A DNA stretch of 64,000 nt. It comes from Camelus ferus. Taxonomy: Eukaryota. How positions within the stretch are numbered: the stretch's first letter is position 1; each line of letters opens with the position of its first letter. The DNA lies in the NCBI RefSeq assembly GCF_009834535.1, contig NC_045697.1, forward strand, positions 98,148,001-98,212,000. The letters run 5' to 3'. This document shows positions 50,973 to 63,800 of the stretch, piece by piece. Position numbers and translations under genes: made by a program. The notes below the pieces were generated by a model. The model was not told the DNA's origin. It made no database searches and was given only the letters and a program-made list of their open reading frames with translations.

Positions 50973-51954
50973 GCCCTAGACCAAGAGTGAGATGTGACCT
51001 CTGCTCTCTCTCTCTGTTCTCCCTCATTTACACTGCCAGGGTGGGTAAGAACTAAGGGACAAGGTCTTTTACTTGGCTAGTGTTATGACATTGTCCCTTG
51101 GCTATTGAACTCCCTCTGCCATGGCAAGCATCCAAAGGTGGGTCTCCTTGAAGTGTGGGCCTTGGTGGTTTTTAACAGCTTACACTCCCTACTCTGTACC
51201 ATTCTCTAGCTGCCCTCCAGCAGTTAACCCCCAACAGCATCTTTCTATAGGGAGCCCTCAGTCTCTAGGCAATTCTCTTGAATGAGACTATTTAAAGGTG
51301 GCTTTTGTTTGGCTACCTATATTGGGTCCACTGACCCAGAGGAATCCACTGAGGTTCACCCTGCTCAGAAGTGAAAGCAACCCCAGTCACCTCCAGCATT
51401 CACACTTCTTCCTCATAAAGTCACCTGTTTCTGCGCCCTCAGACTCCAGGGAGCTCATGTCAGGATCTACAGAGAGCTCTCCAGCTCAGGCAGCAGTACA
51501 TGGAGTGGCCTCAGAAAACACAACTGTGGCTCAGCAAGCTTTCAGGCTGGGAGCCAGGTGCAGGAGTCCCCTGCTGGGGGTCCAGAAGCCCCTCAATGGC
51601 CTTGTGGGGGAAGCCTTTCTCCCTCCCACCCCTCCCTCATCTACTGTTCTCTCAGCTCAGGGGGATCCCTCTGCTTACATGGGCTGGAGGTGGGTAAGCG
51701 GGGTTAATGTCTTGGCCACCTTTTCATAAGTGTTCTAGGGATCTGAATAAAATCACTCTGTAGAACATTTTGCCCTCAACTTTGGGGCATCATTAAAAAT
51801 CCTGAGACAACAGGATAACATTCATTAAATATCCAGTTATCCTACCTATCCGTCAACGGCGACTACACGTGGAAAGAATCTAAGCTGACGTGTCCCAGCT
51901 TGTAGGCTGAACAACTCAATGAACAACGCAGGCTCTGCAAACTGATTCATATCC

Positions 51955-52520
51955 TCTTTCATTCATTCAACAAACGTTTAGGGAGTATCTACCAGGAGCA
52001 CCTGTGGATCCCGCAGAGACAAGCCAGGCCAAGCCTCCACTCTCATGAAGGACAGCCCAGCAAAGGAGCACGGCCAACAAATAATGCAACACCAGATGGT
52101 CACAAGCGCTATGAAAAAATCAGGCAAGTGACGTAACAGAGAGTGACTGGAAGTGGGTGGTGGGTGGGAGTGCTGTTTTGGATTGGATGTCCATAGGAAG
52201 GATTCTTCGTGTAGGAAACATCTGAGCTGAATTCAGAATAATAAGAAAAGAGGGAGGGTATAGCTCAGTGGTAGAGTGCATGCTTAGCATGGAGGAGGTC
52301 CTGGGTTCGATCCGTAGTACCTCCACTAAAAATAAATAAATAAACCTAATCACCGCCCCCCCTCTTTAAAATAACATAAGAAAGAGTCAGCTTTGTGAAA
52401 ATCTTGGGGGTAAGAATTCCACGGAGAGGAATAAATACAAGGGTGTTGAACAGGAGCGGGCAGAGTGTGTTTCAGAGAGAACACTACTGGGAAGCTGAAT
52501 GTGGTGACAGTGGGAGAACA
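51955..52520 (-). mobile_element. L2 LINE 3' region hosting the SINE
   Basis: 'ttcattcattcaacaaacgtttagggagtatctacca', 'catctgagctgaa'; resumes after the SINE at 'gagtcagctttgtgaaaatct'. Confidence 0.6.
52253..52375 (+). mobile_element. tRNA-derived SINE, Vic-1-like (camelid)
   Basis: A box TAGCTCAGTGG (52261-52271), B box GGTTCGATCC (52304-52313), tRNA-Ala-like body, (AAAT)n then CCTAATCACCGCCCCC tail; TSD ataagaaaagag at 52241-52252 and 52376-52387. Confidence 0.88.
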
Positions 52521-55364
52521 CTATTTTAAGCCACATTCCTCAAAGATGGAATCTGCTTCACACATATGTGGGCTACGATTGTTCAAATGCTTGTACATCT
52601 GAAAATGACAGAGATGTGATTGAATAAGTTACTAAATGCCTAGCAGCTTTCCGTCATGAGTAGAGGGAGGGTGAAGTGTGTTGATGTTAAAAGTCCCTAT
52701 CTCTGAAAATACTAGAAACCACTCCCTGCTCTGACTTCCCGATATTAAATTTACCTGTACAAAATTGAGTTTCCATTCCTTCTTCTAGGCGGAGGAGAAA
52801 TAAAACTTCACAAATAGGGAAATGTGAACAGACTCACCCTGTATCCTCCTTGAAAGGGCCAAAATCTATATACCATAGACAAACCTGAGGGTAGTTGATG
52901 GTATAAGCAGAAAAACCAGACATCACCTTCAGGCTAGTATTTCTGTGTTCTTGGTACAAAAATCCCTCTCATATAAACACAGTATTTGTTATCTCCAGAG
53001 ATTCTGCATATTTACATTCCAAATAATTCTAAGTAGAACAAGAATTGCATACCTTATCACCTTAGCAGGCATAGCTTTTTTACTAATAGAGATGAAAACT
53101 ACAGTTCTTTGCAGTGATATAAACTGAAAACAAACTGTTTTTAATGGCTGATGTAAAATCATCATGGAACTACCTCTAACTTACTAACAGAAGCTTATTT
53201 ACCATAATTGACTTTTCTCATTGTTTTACCTTGTCTTTGACCCTGAACACCAAGCCTGATGCTCCTGAATTTAAAAGAGAAAGTGATTAATGTGGCAAGT
53301 GCAGAGACAGTCAAGCTCATATATGCCAGTGGGGACCTGGGAGAAGCCTGATAAATAATAAACACTACACCTTCTCACACTTCCATTCTCCCTTCTACTG
53401 CAACTTTCAGGCAGCCCTTTAAATGAGGCCACTTATTTTAAAGCCAAATGTATCTCTGGGTGATTCAGAACTTATTTATGCCACGGTCAGGAAAAAATAT
53501 TTACATCTGAAAATGCTGAACCATGAAACTCTAGTCACGGGAAAGGTTACTTGTATAAAGAAATAGAAGTTTGTATCAACATAATGTTCATTATCATTTC
53601 TTCTTCCCATGAAACAACTCTTGCCTCTGCTTTGCTTTGAGAAACTAACTTTTGTGTATCCCTTGTGCTCAAATTTCTCTAGGAGACAAATCCCAAATCC
53701 AAAGTCTTTGAGGTTGATGTTAAAAATCCTTTCATTGTGAGGAGAAAACAACAAAGAAATCAATCCTGGGAATGTAGACAATGGAGGAACAAAGGTTTTG
53801 TGAAATTAAAGAACAATAATGGACTTGAAATTCATTTTGTGTAGGATGTAGAGAGTTAGAAATGGAATATTCAGCTTCTAATTTCTTAGTAATCAGGAGT
53901 TGATGAATACTATAACTCAGCTCTGTTTTCAAAGATCATTTATATCTCCCTCCCACTATTACCTATTATCTTTCCATGCTATTGCTCCTTGGGTCTATTC
54001 TGATAGCTTTTCGTTTTCTAGAAATTGTGCTCTTTCTCATAAGCAGTAAAGTAAGTTAAGGCACAGGGAATTAGGTACTAATTAGGAAAATTTAGTTAAC
54101 TCATCAAGTGTATTAACAGAAGTCTAACAAGCAGCATGTGTAGGGGAGAAAGATGGGAAGGAAGAAGTGGAGAGCAGCATTAAAAAGGTCTCATTGGTAC
54201 TTAGATTACTAGGCTAGAGGTAACACTTATGTTTCTGTATGCTTCCTATTTCATTCAAATATGTCAAGATTATCCTGTTTTAGTGGTGGCTCAGTCATCA
54301 TTTGCCTCCTTTCCCCTCCCCATCTCAAGTTGCAAGTCTGAATCTCTATTAATAAATTTACAGTAACTTTGAGAAATACATCAGGTTTAAACCTCAGCTC
54401 TGCTCTGTAATATCAAGCCATTTAAGCCCACTGAGTGTCAGTTTCTTGACCTATAACATGAAATCATGGTACAATAACATAACACAGGTGGCAACTCCCA
54501 TTCTTGACACAAAGTAATGACTTCACCAGTACTTGAGGGTGATCCTGGTATATTTTGTGTCTCTGAGGAAATTCTTTCATTTATTGTTTCTTTTATTCTT
54601 CTTGTCATTTAAATATTTACTGAACATCAAATATATACCAGGATTTGAGCCAGGTGTTAGGGAGACATGACATGACACCAGATCCCTAACTTTAAGGAAC
54701 TCCTAATTAAATGGGAATTCAAGTAAGAGATGCTCCCAAAGGGTCTTCACAATTTGTTAAAACTTCTGCTCTCATTTGTACCTTAATACTTAAGCCTTGG
54801 GCATCACTAGAACAAATTTTAAGGCAAAAGTCACTGTCTCAGAATTACTCAAACCAAAACTTGATTTTTACTATTTAGTAGTCAGTATAATGAAACACAA
54901 AGTATAGAACAGAGGAATTTAATATTCAAACCTACTAACTGACTATGTGTATTTATACTCACTTTTTAAATCTTCAGATGTAATAAAAAGGAACCTCATT
55001 TTTGACAGACCTTTTATCAGACAGTACCCAATTCCCCCCAGTAATATTGGGTATGATTTAAGGCTCATCACTCAAGCCAGAGTCAACATCACCAAAGAAA
55101 ACCAAAAGAGAAAAAAAAAAAGAGAGAGAGAAAGAGGACAACAATAATCTTTTATTATTTTGTGATATTATAAAATAAATAACGCTAGACATTTCCTCCA
55201 ATATCTTTTGGGTACCTGAGTTAAAGCAGGAAGGATTACTGCTGGTCTACTTATTTCTTGTTTCCTCTACAAAATATATTGACATCTGGGTCTAGGAGGC
55301 CATCATGTCTGGCTAACCACTGACTATAGAAAAAGAGACCAGGAATCTGAAATGAACATAAACA

Positions 55365-56795
55365 GATCCCCTATAGTCAATGGATCTTTGACAAAGAAGC
55401 AAAGGCAATAAAATGGAGCAAAGACAGTCTTTTCCACAAATTGTTCTGGAACAACTAGGCATTCACATGCCAAAATAAAAAGGAAAAGAATCTAGATACG
55501 GATCTTACACCCTTCACAAATATTAACTCAAATGTAAAATTCAAAACTATAAGACTCCTAAAAGATAACATAGAAGGAAATCTAGATGACCTTGGGTATG
55601 ATGTTTAGATACAATAACAGACACAGAATCTAAAAAAAAGAACTGATAAACTAGACTTCATTAAAATTAAAATTTTTGCTCTGCAAAAGACAATGTCAAG
55701 AGAAGACAAGACACAGACTAGGAGAAAATATTTGAAAAGATGTATTTGATAAAGGCCGGTTATCTAAATATATTAAGGACTCTTAAAACTCAACAAAACA
55801 AACAACATGATTAAAAAAGGGCCAAAGACTTTCACAGACACCTCAGCAAAGAAGATGCAGATGGAAAATAAACATGCGAAAAGATGCTTCACATCATCAT
55901 CAGGGAAATGCAAATTAAAACAACAGGATGCTACTGCACACCAAAAGGAAAGGCCAGAATCCAGAACATTGATAACATCCAATACTGGTGAGGATATGGA
56001 GAAATAAGCACTCTCATACATTACTGTTGGAAACCCAAATGGTACAGCCACTGTGTTAGACAGTTCAGTGGCTTCTCACAAAACTAAACTTACTCTTATC
56101 ATAGACTCCAGCAATCATGTTCCTTTGTATTTGCCCAAAGGATTTGAAAACTTGTGCCTACACTAAACCTTGCACATGGATGTTTCCAGTACCTTTACTC
56201 ATAGTTGCCAAAACTTGGAAGCAACCAAAATGTCCTTCAGTAGATGAATGATAAAACTGGTACATTCAGACAATGGCATAGTATTCAGTGCCAAAAAAAG
56301 AAATGTGCTATCAAGCCACGAAAAGACACGGATGTAACTTAAATGTGTATTTATAAGTGAAAGCAGCCTGTCTGAAAAGGCCAAATCCTGTATGATCCAA
56401 CTGTATGACATTCTAGAAAAGACAAAATTATGAAGGCAACAGAGATCAGTGCAGAAGGGGAAGATGAAAAGGTAGAACTAAGGATTTTTAGGGCAGCAGA
56501 AATAGTCTGTATGATATTATAATGGATATGTGTCGTCATACATTTGTCCAAATCTATAAAATACACAGCGTTAAGAGTGAACCCTAAGGAAAACTATGGA
56601 CTTTGGGTCATTATAATGGGTCAACGTGGGTCCTTCCTTGTTAAAAAAAATGTACCATGCTGGTGAGTGATGTCGATTATGGGGGAGGCTATCCATGTGT
56701 GAAGGCAAGGGGAATATGGAAAATACCCATTCCTTTCTCTCAATTTTATCATAAACCTAAAACTGCTTTTAAAAAAAAGTCTTTAATTAAAAAAA
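55365..56795 (+). mobile_element. Old 5'-truncated L1 (L1MC-like) with retained TSD
   Basis: 3' end 'aagagtgaaccctaaggaaaactatggactttgggtc...gggggaggctatccatgtgt'; TSD gaacataaaca at 55354-55364 and 56796-56806. Confidence 0.85.
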
Positions 56796-57761
56796 GAACA
56801 TAAACATGACCAATCTACTCGGTTTGTTATATGGTTAACAAACTCACTACATATTATAAACTCTTTTTATTAGACAGTAAGTGTTGGTATTTACCAAACT
56901 TTAAAAAAAAATTAGTTTCTAAATTTTAAATGAAATGGCTGACAAATGACATCTGGATATGTAATATTAATGAGGAGGTCACGCAGGACAGTGACTTGCT
57001 GAACCTATTTTCTTGACTTGCTGTGCTAATTATCTTATCACTTTTTACCCCAACCACTAATTTTTTCAAATGCTACACATATGTAAGGCTGAATGACACC
57101 CAGCACCAGTACACTTTGAAAAAGTCAAGATTGACCAGATAATTTTGAGTCACTGGAGCAGACAGGGAGATTGTCCCAAGGCAGCAAAACCAGAAAATGC
57201 ATTGACACAAAACTCAATGTTCCGGAACTGAAACTCCAAAATAGACTAGACTCCAACAGGGAAGATATGAATTAAGGACAACGAGGTTCTCTCCAGCACC
57301 AAAATAGCCAGTTGATTCAGTCAATGAAGTGTTGGAGAAAGCCAGTTGGATTGTTCTATTGATCTGGAACAGAGTTAAGTCAATCAAAACAATCAATCCT
57401 TTTAGCCTACACACCTAGTGGAAAAAAGAACAGAGTCAATTATCAGGGACTTTATATTAAAAACAAAACAAACTTTTGTTCTATAATGGATACTGGTCAT
57501 GTGCAAGTATTTCTGGCCTGATCTACTCTAACATAAATCAGTTCTCCACTTTAACTAGAATAAGGAGATGCAATTAAAGCCACCAGTGAACGTATCTTAC
57601 TTTCATATAAACAAACTCTATCAGTTTTATTCCCTCTTACATACACATTAGTCGTCAACTATGTCAGCTGGAGGGAAAATTAATCACTGAAATGGATTTT
57701 GTCAATTCAATTCAACAGATTCTTTTTCAGCATTTCTATCTGGGACATGTACCCTCCTATT

Positions 57762-57920
57762 GAGGGTAACAGTCCATTTTCAGAATCTGAAGAAATTTAA
57801 TGGACTCCTTTTCTAGAAAAATGACATATACATATACTTTCAAATACACAAAATATCACATATCAGTTCCAGGGACTTCACATATTCTCTGAGTCATTAA
57901 CTCTGGGTTAAGAACCCCTG
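57762..57920. mobile_element. hAT-Charlie MITE fragment (MER117-like)
   Basis: Terminal 'ggttaagaacccctg' and internal 'agaatctga...atggactcctt..ctagaaaaatg'. Confidence 0.5.
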
Positions 57921-58412
57921 TCTCATGTACCTGGAACCGAGCTAGACTCAGGACTGAAGTCCTGAAGCAAGAAAGACATAAGACAGCAAAACATACTAAA
58001 ATACTCTACAAATTAAGACAGTCTGGTATCATGCAGAAATATACTGCAACAGAATAGAGTCTGGGAAATATACTCACACATACATGAGGATTTTAGATGT
58101 AAAATTTATAATAAAGTGGATATTTCAAATCAGTGGGGGGAATGAACTATTCAATAAATGGCATAGGGAAAATGTGCAATTTGTAAGGAAAAAAAATTCA
58201 GATCCCAGTCCCACAAGGAGGTCTGCAATATTACCCACAGCATGTAAAAACTGCAGATGGATTAAAGAATAAAATTTATATGTGCATGTGTTAGAGGAAA
58301 ATACAAGGAAATATTTTTATAATTTCAGAGTATAAAAGGCCTCCTTAAGCAAGACACAGAACAGAAAAGCCCTAAAGGAAAAACTGACAATTTTGAGCTT
58401 ATAAAAATTAAA

Positions 58413-60372
58413 GTCTTTTCATTTTGTTGTTTCCTTTGCTGTACAGAAGCTTCTTAATTTTGATGCAGTCCCACTGTCTGTTTCCTTTTACTGCGAGTGC
58501 TTTTGGTGTCATGTTCAAGAAATCGTTGCCAAGGCCAATGTAGAGAAGTTTTCCCCCATCGTTTCATCTAGGAGCTTTATGATTTCACGTATTTAAGTCT
58601 TTAGTCCCTTTTAAATCAACTTTTATGTGTAGTATAAGAAAAGGGTCAAATTTCACTCTAGCATGTAGATATCCAGTTTTCTCAGCACCATTTATTGAAG
58701 AGATTATCAAAGCATCACTTCCTCACTGTATTCTTGGCACCTTTGCCAAACATCAGTTGACCATGTACATGTAGGTTTACTTCTGGGCTTTCTATTCTGT
58801 TCCATTGGTCTATATGTCTGTTTTTTATGCCAGTATCATATTGTTTTGATTACTGTAGTATTACAATGTATTTTAAAGTTAGAAAGTGTGATGCCTCCAG
58901 CTTTGTTCTTGCTCACAATTGCTTTGGCTATTCAGTCTTTTGTGGTTCCACACAAACCCTAGGATTTTTCTTCTGCAAAAAAAAAAAAAAAAAAGCCATT
59001 GAGAATTTGATAAGGATTGGAAGAATATGTAGATAACTTTGAGTGTATAAACATCTTAACAGTATCAATTCCTTCAAACCATAAACATGGAATGTCTTTC
59101 CATTTACTTGTGTCTGCTTTAATTTCTTTCACCAGTGTTTTATAGTTTTTAATGTGTATTTTTCACTTCCTTAAGTTTTTCTAAAGTAATTTAATTTTTA
59201 TGCTATTGTGAATGGGATTGTTTTCTTAATTTCCTTTTTCGGTAATTTGTTGTCGGCTATAGAAATGCAATAAAAAGCTTCTGCACAGCAAAGGAAGCCA
59301 TCAATAAAATGAAAAGACAATCTACAGAATGGGAGAAAATATCTGTAAACAATATATCTGATAAAGGATTAATATCCAAAGTATACAGGTAATTCCTATA
59401 ATTCAATAGAAAAAAAATAAACATAAGCAAAGGGACTGAATAGACTTTTTTCCAACGAAGACAAGCAAACGGCCAACAGGTACATGAAAAGGTGCTCAAC
59501 ATCACCAATCATCAGGGAAATGCACACCAAAACCACAATGAAGTAACAACTCACACCTGTTAGAATGGGTATTACCAAAAACTGAAAGATAACAAGTGTT
59601 TGCATGCATTTGGAGAAAGAGAAACCTAGTACAATATTGGTGGGAATGTAAATTGGTTCATTCACTATGGAAAATAATAAGGAAGTCCCTCAAAAAAAAT
59701 AAAAGGACTACATATGATCTAGCAATCCCACATCTGGTTACATATCCAAAAGAAATGAAATTAGGATCTTGAAGGGATATTGTGCATTTCATGTTCACTG
59801 CAGCATTATTCAGAATAGCCAAGGTATGGAAGCAATCTAAATGTCCATCAATGAATAAATGGATAAGAAAATGCAGTATAAATATACATAGCATATTAGC
59901 CTTAAAAAAAAAAAAAAAGGAAATTCTGCTATTTGTAATACATGGAAGCCAGACACAGGACATTTACTACATTATACCACTTATATAAGGAATTGAAAAT
60001 GCTCAACCCACAGAAGCAGAGAGTTGAACAGTGGCTGCCAGGGGCTGGCAGCAGAGGAAACGTGGAGGTAGTAGTCAAAAGGTACAAAGTTTCAGTCTTG
60101 CAAGATGAATAAATCCTAGAGATCTACCCTACAGCATAGTGCCTATAGTGAAGGATACTGTATACTTAAAAATTTGTGAAGAGGACATATCTTATGTTCT
60201 TATCATTAATGAAAATAGTAATAGAGAGAGCATGCAAAGCCTTTTGGAAGTATGTTATGGCCATACAGATTGTGGTGATGGTTTCACAGGTGTATTTCCA
60301 TCTCGAAACTCATCAAGTTTCATGCACATACAGCTTTTTGTATGTCAATCATATCTCAATAAAGTAATTTAT
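58413..60372. mobile_element. L1 (L1MA-like) with inverted 5' part (58413-~59270 minus; ~59272-60372 plus)
   Basis: Minus part 'tttcctttgctgtacagaagctt...tatagaaatgcaa'; plus part from 'aaaagcttctgcacagcaaagg' to 'tatctcaataaag'. Confidence 0.85.
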
Positions 60373-60654
60373 TTTATTAAAAGCATTTTTCAACAAAAGA
60401 CTTCAAAAACAAAGTTGGAGGCAAGTACTGACACAGAGAGAAAACATCCACAGCAGATTCTACAAAGGCTTAATGTCTACAATATGTAAAAATGACCTGC
60501 CTGTCAGTTAAGAAAAGTCAAACAACCCAGTAGAAAATAAAGACAGCAAATGAACAGGCAATTGCCAGAAGAACCAAAAATGACCAATAAACTCATAAAA
60601 GGAAACCACCTCACAGGTAATCAGATAACTGCAAAGTTTTAAAATACAACATCA

Positions 60655-60812
60655 TCTTTTTATTGTGGCAAGAGCACTTTACATGAAATCTGCCTTCTTA
60701 ACAAATTTTAAGTGCACAACACTACAGGCAAAATGTTGCACAGTAGATGTCTAGAAATGACTTATATTGAAAAACTGAAACTTTCTACCCATAGAGCAGC
60801 AAGACTCCCTCT
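60655..60812 (-). mobile_element. Short L1MA-type 3' terminus
   Basis: 'tttttattgtggcaagagcactttacatgaaatctgccttcttaacaaattttaagtgcacaac'. Confidence 0.65.
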
Positions 60813-63800
60813 TTCATTTTTCATCTCTCACGTTGGCAACAGTTAAAAAGCCATATTAAGTGTGAGTGAGAAAGGCAAAAGACAGGCACTCTTGTATGCT
60901 TTTAATGAAATTTTTTTGGAAGGCAATTTCAGGGATGAAATTCAAAGAATTTAATATCCAATGTGGCACAGGTCTTGGCTCATCAAAATGGATGCCAACT
61001 GTAACCAGTTGATGATCTCCTGCCACTACACTCTTCCCAAGAAATACCATCCGAATACCAGCCCCTGGCCATATTTAACCCATCTTAAAGTGTGCATGCC
61101 CTTTGACCCCACAATTCCATTTCCGGAAATCCATCCCAAAGAAATTCTCTTTAAAGCATACAAAGATGTATGTACATTGATGTTTATTTTATCATTCCTT
61201 CAAATAGCTAAAGCAAAGAAGCAATCTTATTAGCCACCAAAAATAGAGTGGTTAAATAAATTAAGGTGCATTTATACCATGGAATACTATACAGCCATTA
61301 AAAAGAATGAGGTGAACCTACATGGACCAATATAGGGAGAAAAATGGCACAGTACTAAGTGAAAAAAAGCAAGTTGCAAGTCACAGAACAACTTGTATAT
61401 TTAATCTCATGTATTTTAAAAATATGTGTGTTTGTCTGTATAAGTACTCACACAACGTGACACACAGGAATACATATTAATGTGTAAAGAGGATACAAGC
61501 ATATGTAACACTAGTTATACCTAGTTAACACTAGTGTCACCTCTAGGAAAGAAGGATGGAAGGCAGAAGAAGGAAATAACATTTTGCCTTGTGTACTCTG
61601 AATTGAAGTTTCCATCATCTATAATGAGAAAACATAACTTTTTAAAAGATATAAAAAAAAATACATAGGAAGCCCTCAAAATACTAGGCACAGTCTTCAA
61701 AATCACTGCATGACTGAAATGCTCATTCACCTTTAGAGAGATGAAAGTCAATGTCCCTTCTCAATATATAACCTGAAATATTCAAAGTGTGTAGAAGCCA
61801 CATCTCAAGGGCAACATTATAAATGGAATTTTTTGGACCATTTTTAAATTAGCTAATTCTCAGTTTAAATATTTGACCTCTGGGTTTTATCCAGTGTCCT
61901 TATATTCACTTATATTCTGAATTTTGTGTTTTTCTTTAAGAATTCCTAGAAGCACTTAGGAAAAACAGGCTAGCTCACTTGTTAAACATGGAGTAGTCTG
62001 AACCAAAAGCCCAGATGTATAATTGTCTCCATATTTTTCAGAGCAGAACATCATTTGCAATTGATATTCCTCTCCATAGTTATGGTATTTTATTTCATAT
62101 TCTGTATCACTAACTCCACAAGGTGAACAGCCAGACTTCCAGTTATAAAATGCCTATGCCTAACTCTTTAAAGTCTATTACATCTACTGTACCATGTGCC
62201 ATCAATGAGAAACTCAGTTCTGAAAATATTAGGCAGAATTTAAAGAGAACTCTTAGAAATATCCAACAAAAATCTATATACAACCAGCTCTATTCCTCGT
62301 GGTTCAGAATACAACCCTGAGGGTGTTTGATTAGGTCGCTTTAATCAGAAAGGGAAAAACCATCTAGGTGTGGGAGGGATCCTTGCCTGGGAAATCTAGT
62401 ACATTGTTGGTATGTTATGAAAAATTGTACTCTTCACAATCAAATCTGCTCTAATTCACAGTAGTTGCTAGAACGGATTTCCCAGTTATGTTTATTAAAT
62501 CTAGATCATCTTTAACACCACCATATTCACCAAATCATACTTTTAGAAGAGCGTCACCAAGGAGTAAAAGAACAAGACTCATCTCAATTCTGTATCATAT
62601 TTCCACTTAGAATGCCTGAAGAACGAAAAAAATAATTTGAATAGATGGAGTATATTTTCCTTGGTAATTAGATTGTGTTTCATTTAACTTGTCTGATATA
62701 TATTCCTTTTAGATTCCTGTGAGACAAATGAACCACTGTCCTCAAGGTGACAAGAATAGTCAATGAATTTGGGAAAAACCTAATGAGGTGATGTTTCGGG
62801 TCTAAATCAAAGCTCTGTTATCCTTGCAGTCATTCTGGTCCATTGATTTTGCTTCTAGTTTTAATTGTGAATTTGCTTTTTTTTTGGTGGATTTACTGTG
62901 TGAGATTACAGTTATTCAAATAAAGAAGTTCAAATGGCATGAATGTAGACATCGTTAGATCTTTTAGGAACGAATTTTTTCACTGTCATTAAAGTGACCT
63001 GGTTCCACAAGGCATAGTTCAATACTCCTCTATCCCAAGTTGCTAAAATCACAGAAATTTCAAATAACTGGATATATTAAAACTGGAAATATTTCTAATT
63101 TAGGCCAAATTTTGTTGTTATTGTTCTATCTTAATCCTTAAAAGACCTAGAATAGCATCTAAGCTCATCAAATCTCTGGAGAACAAAATATACTGAGCGC
63201 CATGAAGAGGCTTTTTGTTTCCACTGCAGTTCAAAACACAATGTTCCAGAAATCAAAACTGCATAACAGAGCAAATATTCATGCACTCAGCTATTTCAGG
63301 TTATTTCTTTCAGGAGGTCATGGCTTTAAATATTCATAGGCAAAACTAGGATGCCTATCTGGGTGGCCAAATGGAAAGAGATAAGGTACGTAGAGAACAA
63401 GGCATGAACCGCCTACCTAGCCCTAATTATTTAGAAGAGAGATATAAAAGAGCACGTGCACACAGCTACACTATGAAATCAGGATTATTCCATTTCAGAT
63501 CTAGCACAAATCCGACCACTGGAGGTCTATATTTTGTCAGGTGTCTAGGCAACAAACCTGGCATGTGGCTAGCAAAGTCTGGGGGACGTGAAGACTTATT
63601 GTTTAACTCATATTCTTGACACAGATAGTAAAATACAGCATTCACTGAGGTTATTCAGTCAGCCCTTGGGAGAGCTGGTCCCCCATTTCTCCTTCACCCA
63701 AACTTTCCAGGCTATTGCTCTGATACGGGCATCAAAGCCAGTAAAAGCACATTTGAAAATGAAAGGTCTCACATTCCACGCTTCTTTTGAAACATCAAAA

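Larger units (their letters stand above)
57985..61640 (+). mobile_element. Very old L1 (L1ME-like) split by nested insertions (pieces ~57985-58412, ~60375-60655, ~60815-61640)
   Basis: Degenerate ORF2 3' sequence ('ctattcaataaatggcatagggaaaa', 'ccctttgaccccacaattccatttccggaaatc', 'atggaatactatacagccattaaaaagaatgagg') is collinear across the insertions. Confidence 0.7.

Noticed and set aside
51298..51729. 143-aa ORF
   Set aside because: GTG start, locally GC-rich sequence, and no domain or splice support.
52253..52326. tRNA-Ala-like sequence as a real tRNA gene
   Set aside because: It has stem mismatches, a SINE tail and a TSD, and sits inside an L2; it is a SINE.
53476..53932. Two minus-strand ORFs (101 and 66 aa) in unique DNA
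   Set aside because: Non-ATG starts, different frames, and no recognisable homology.
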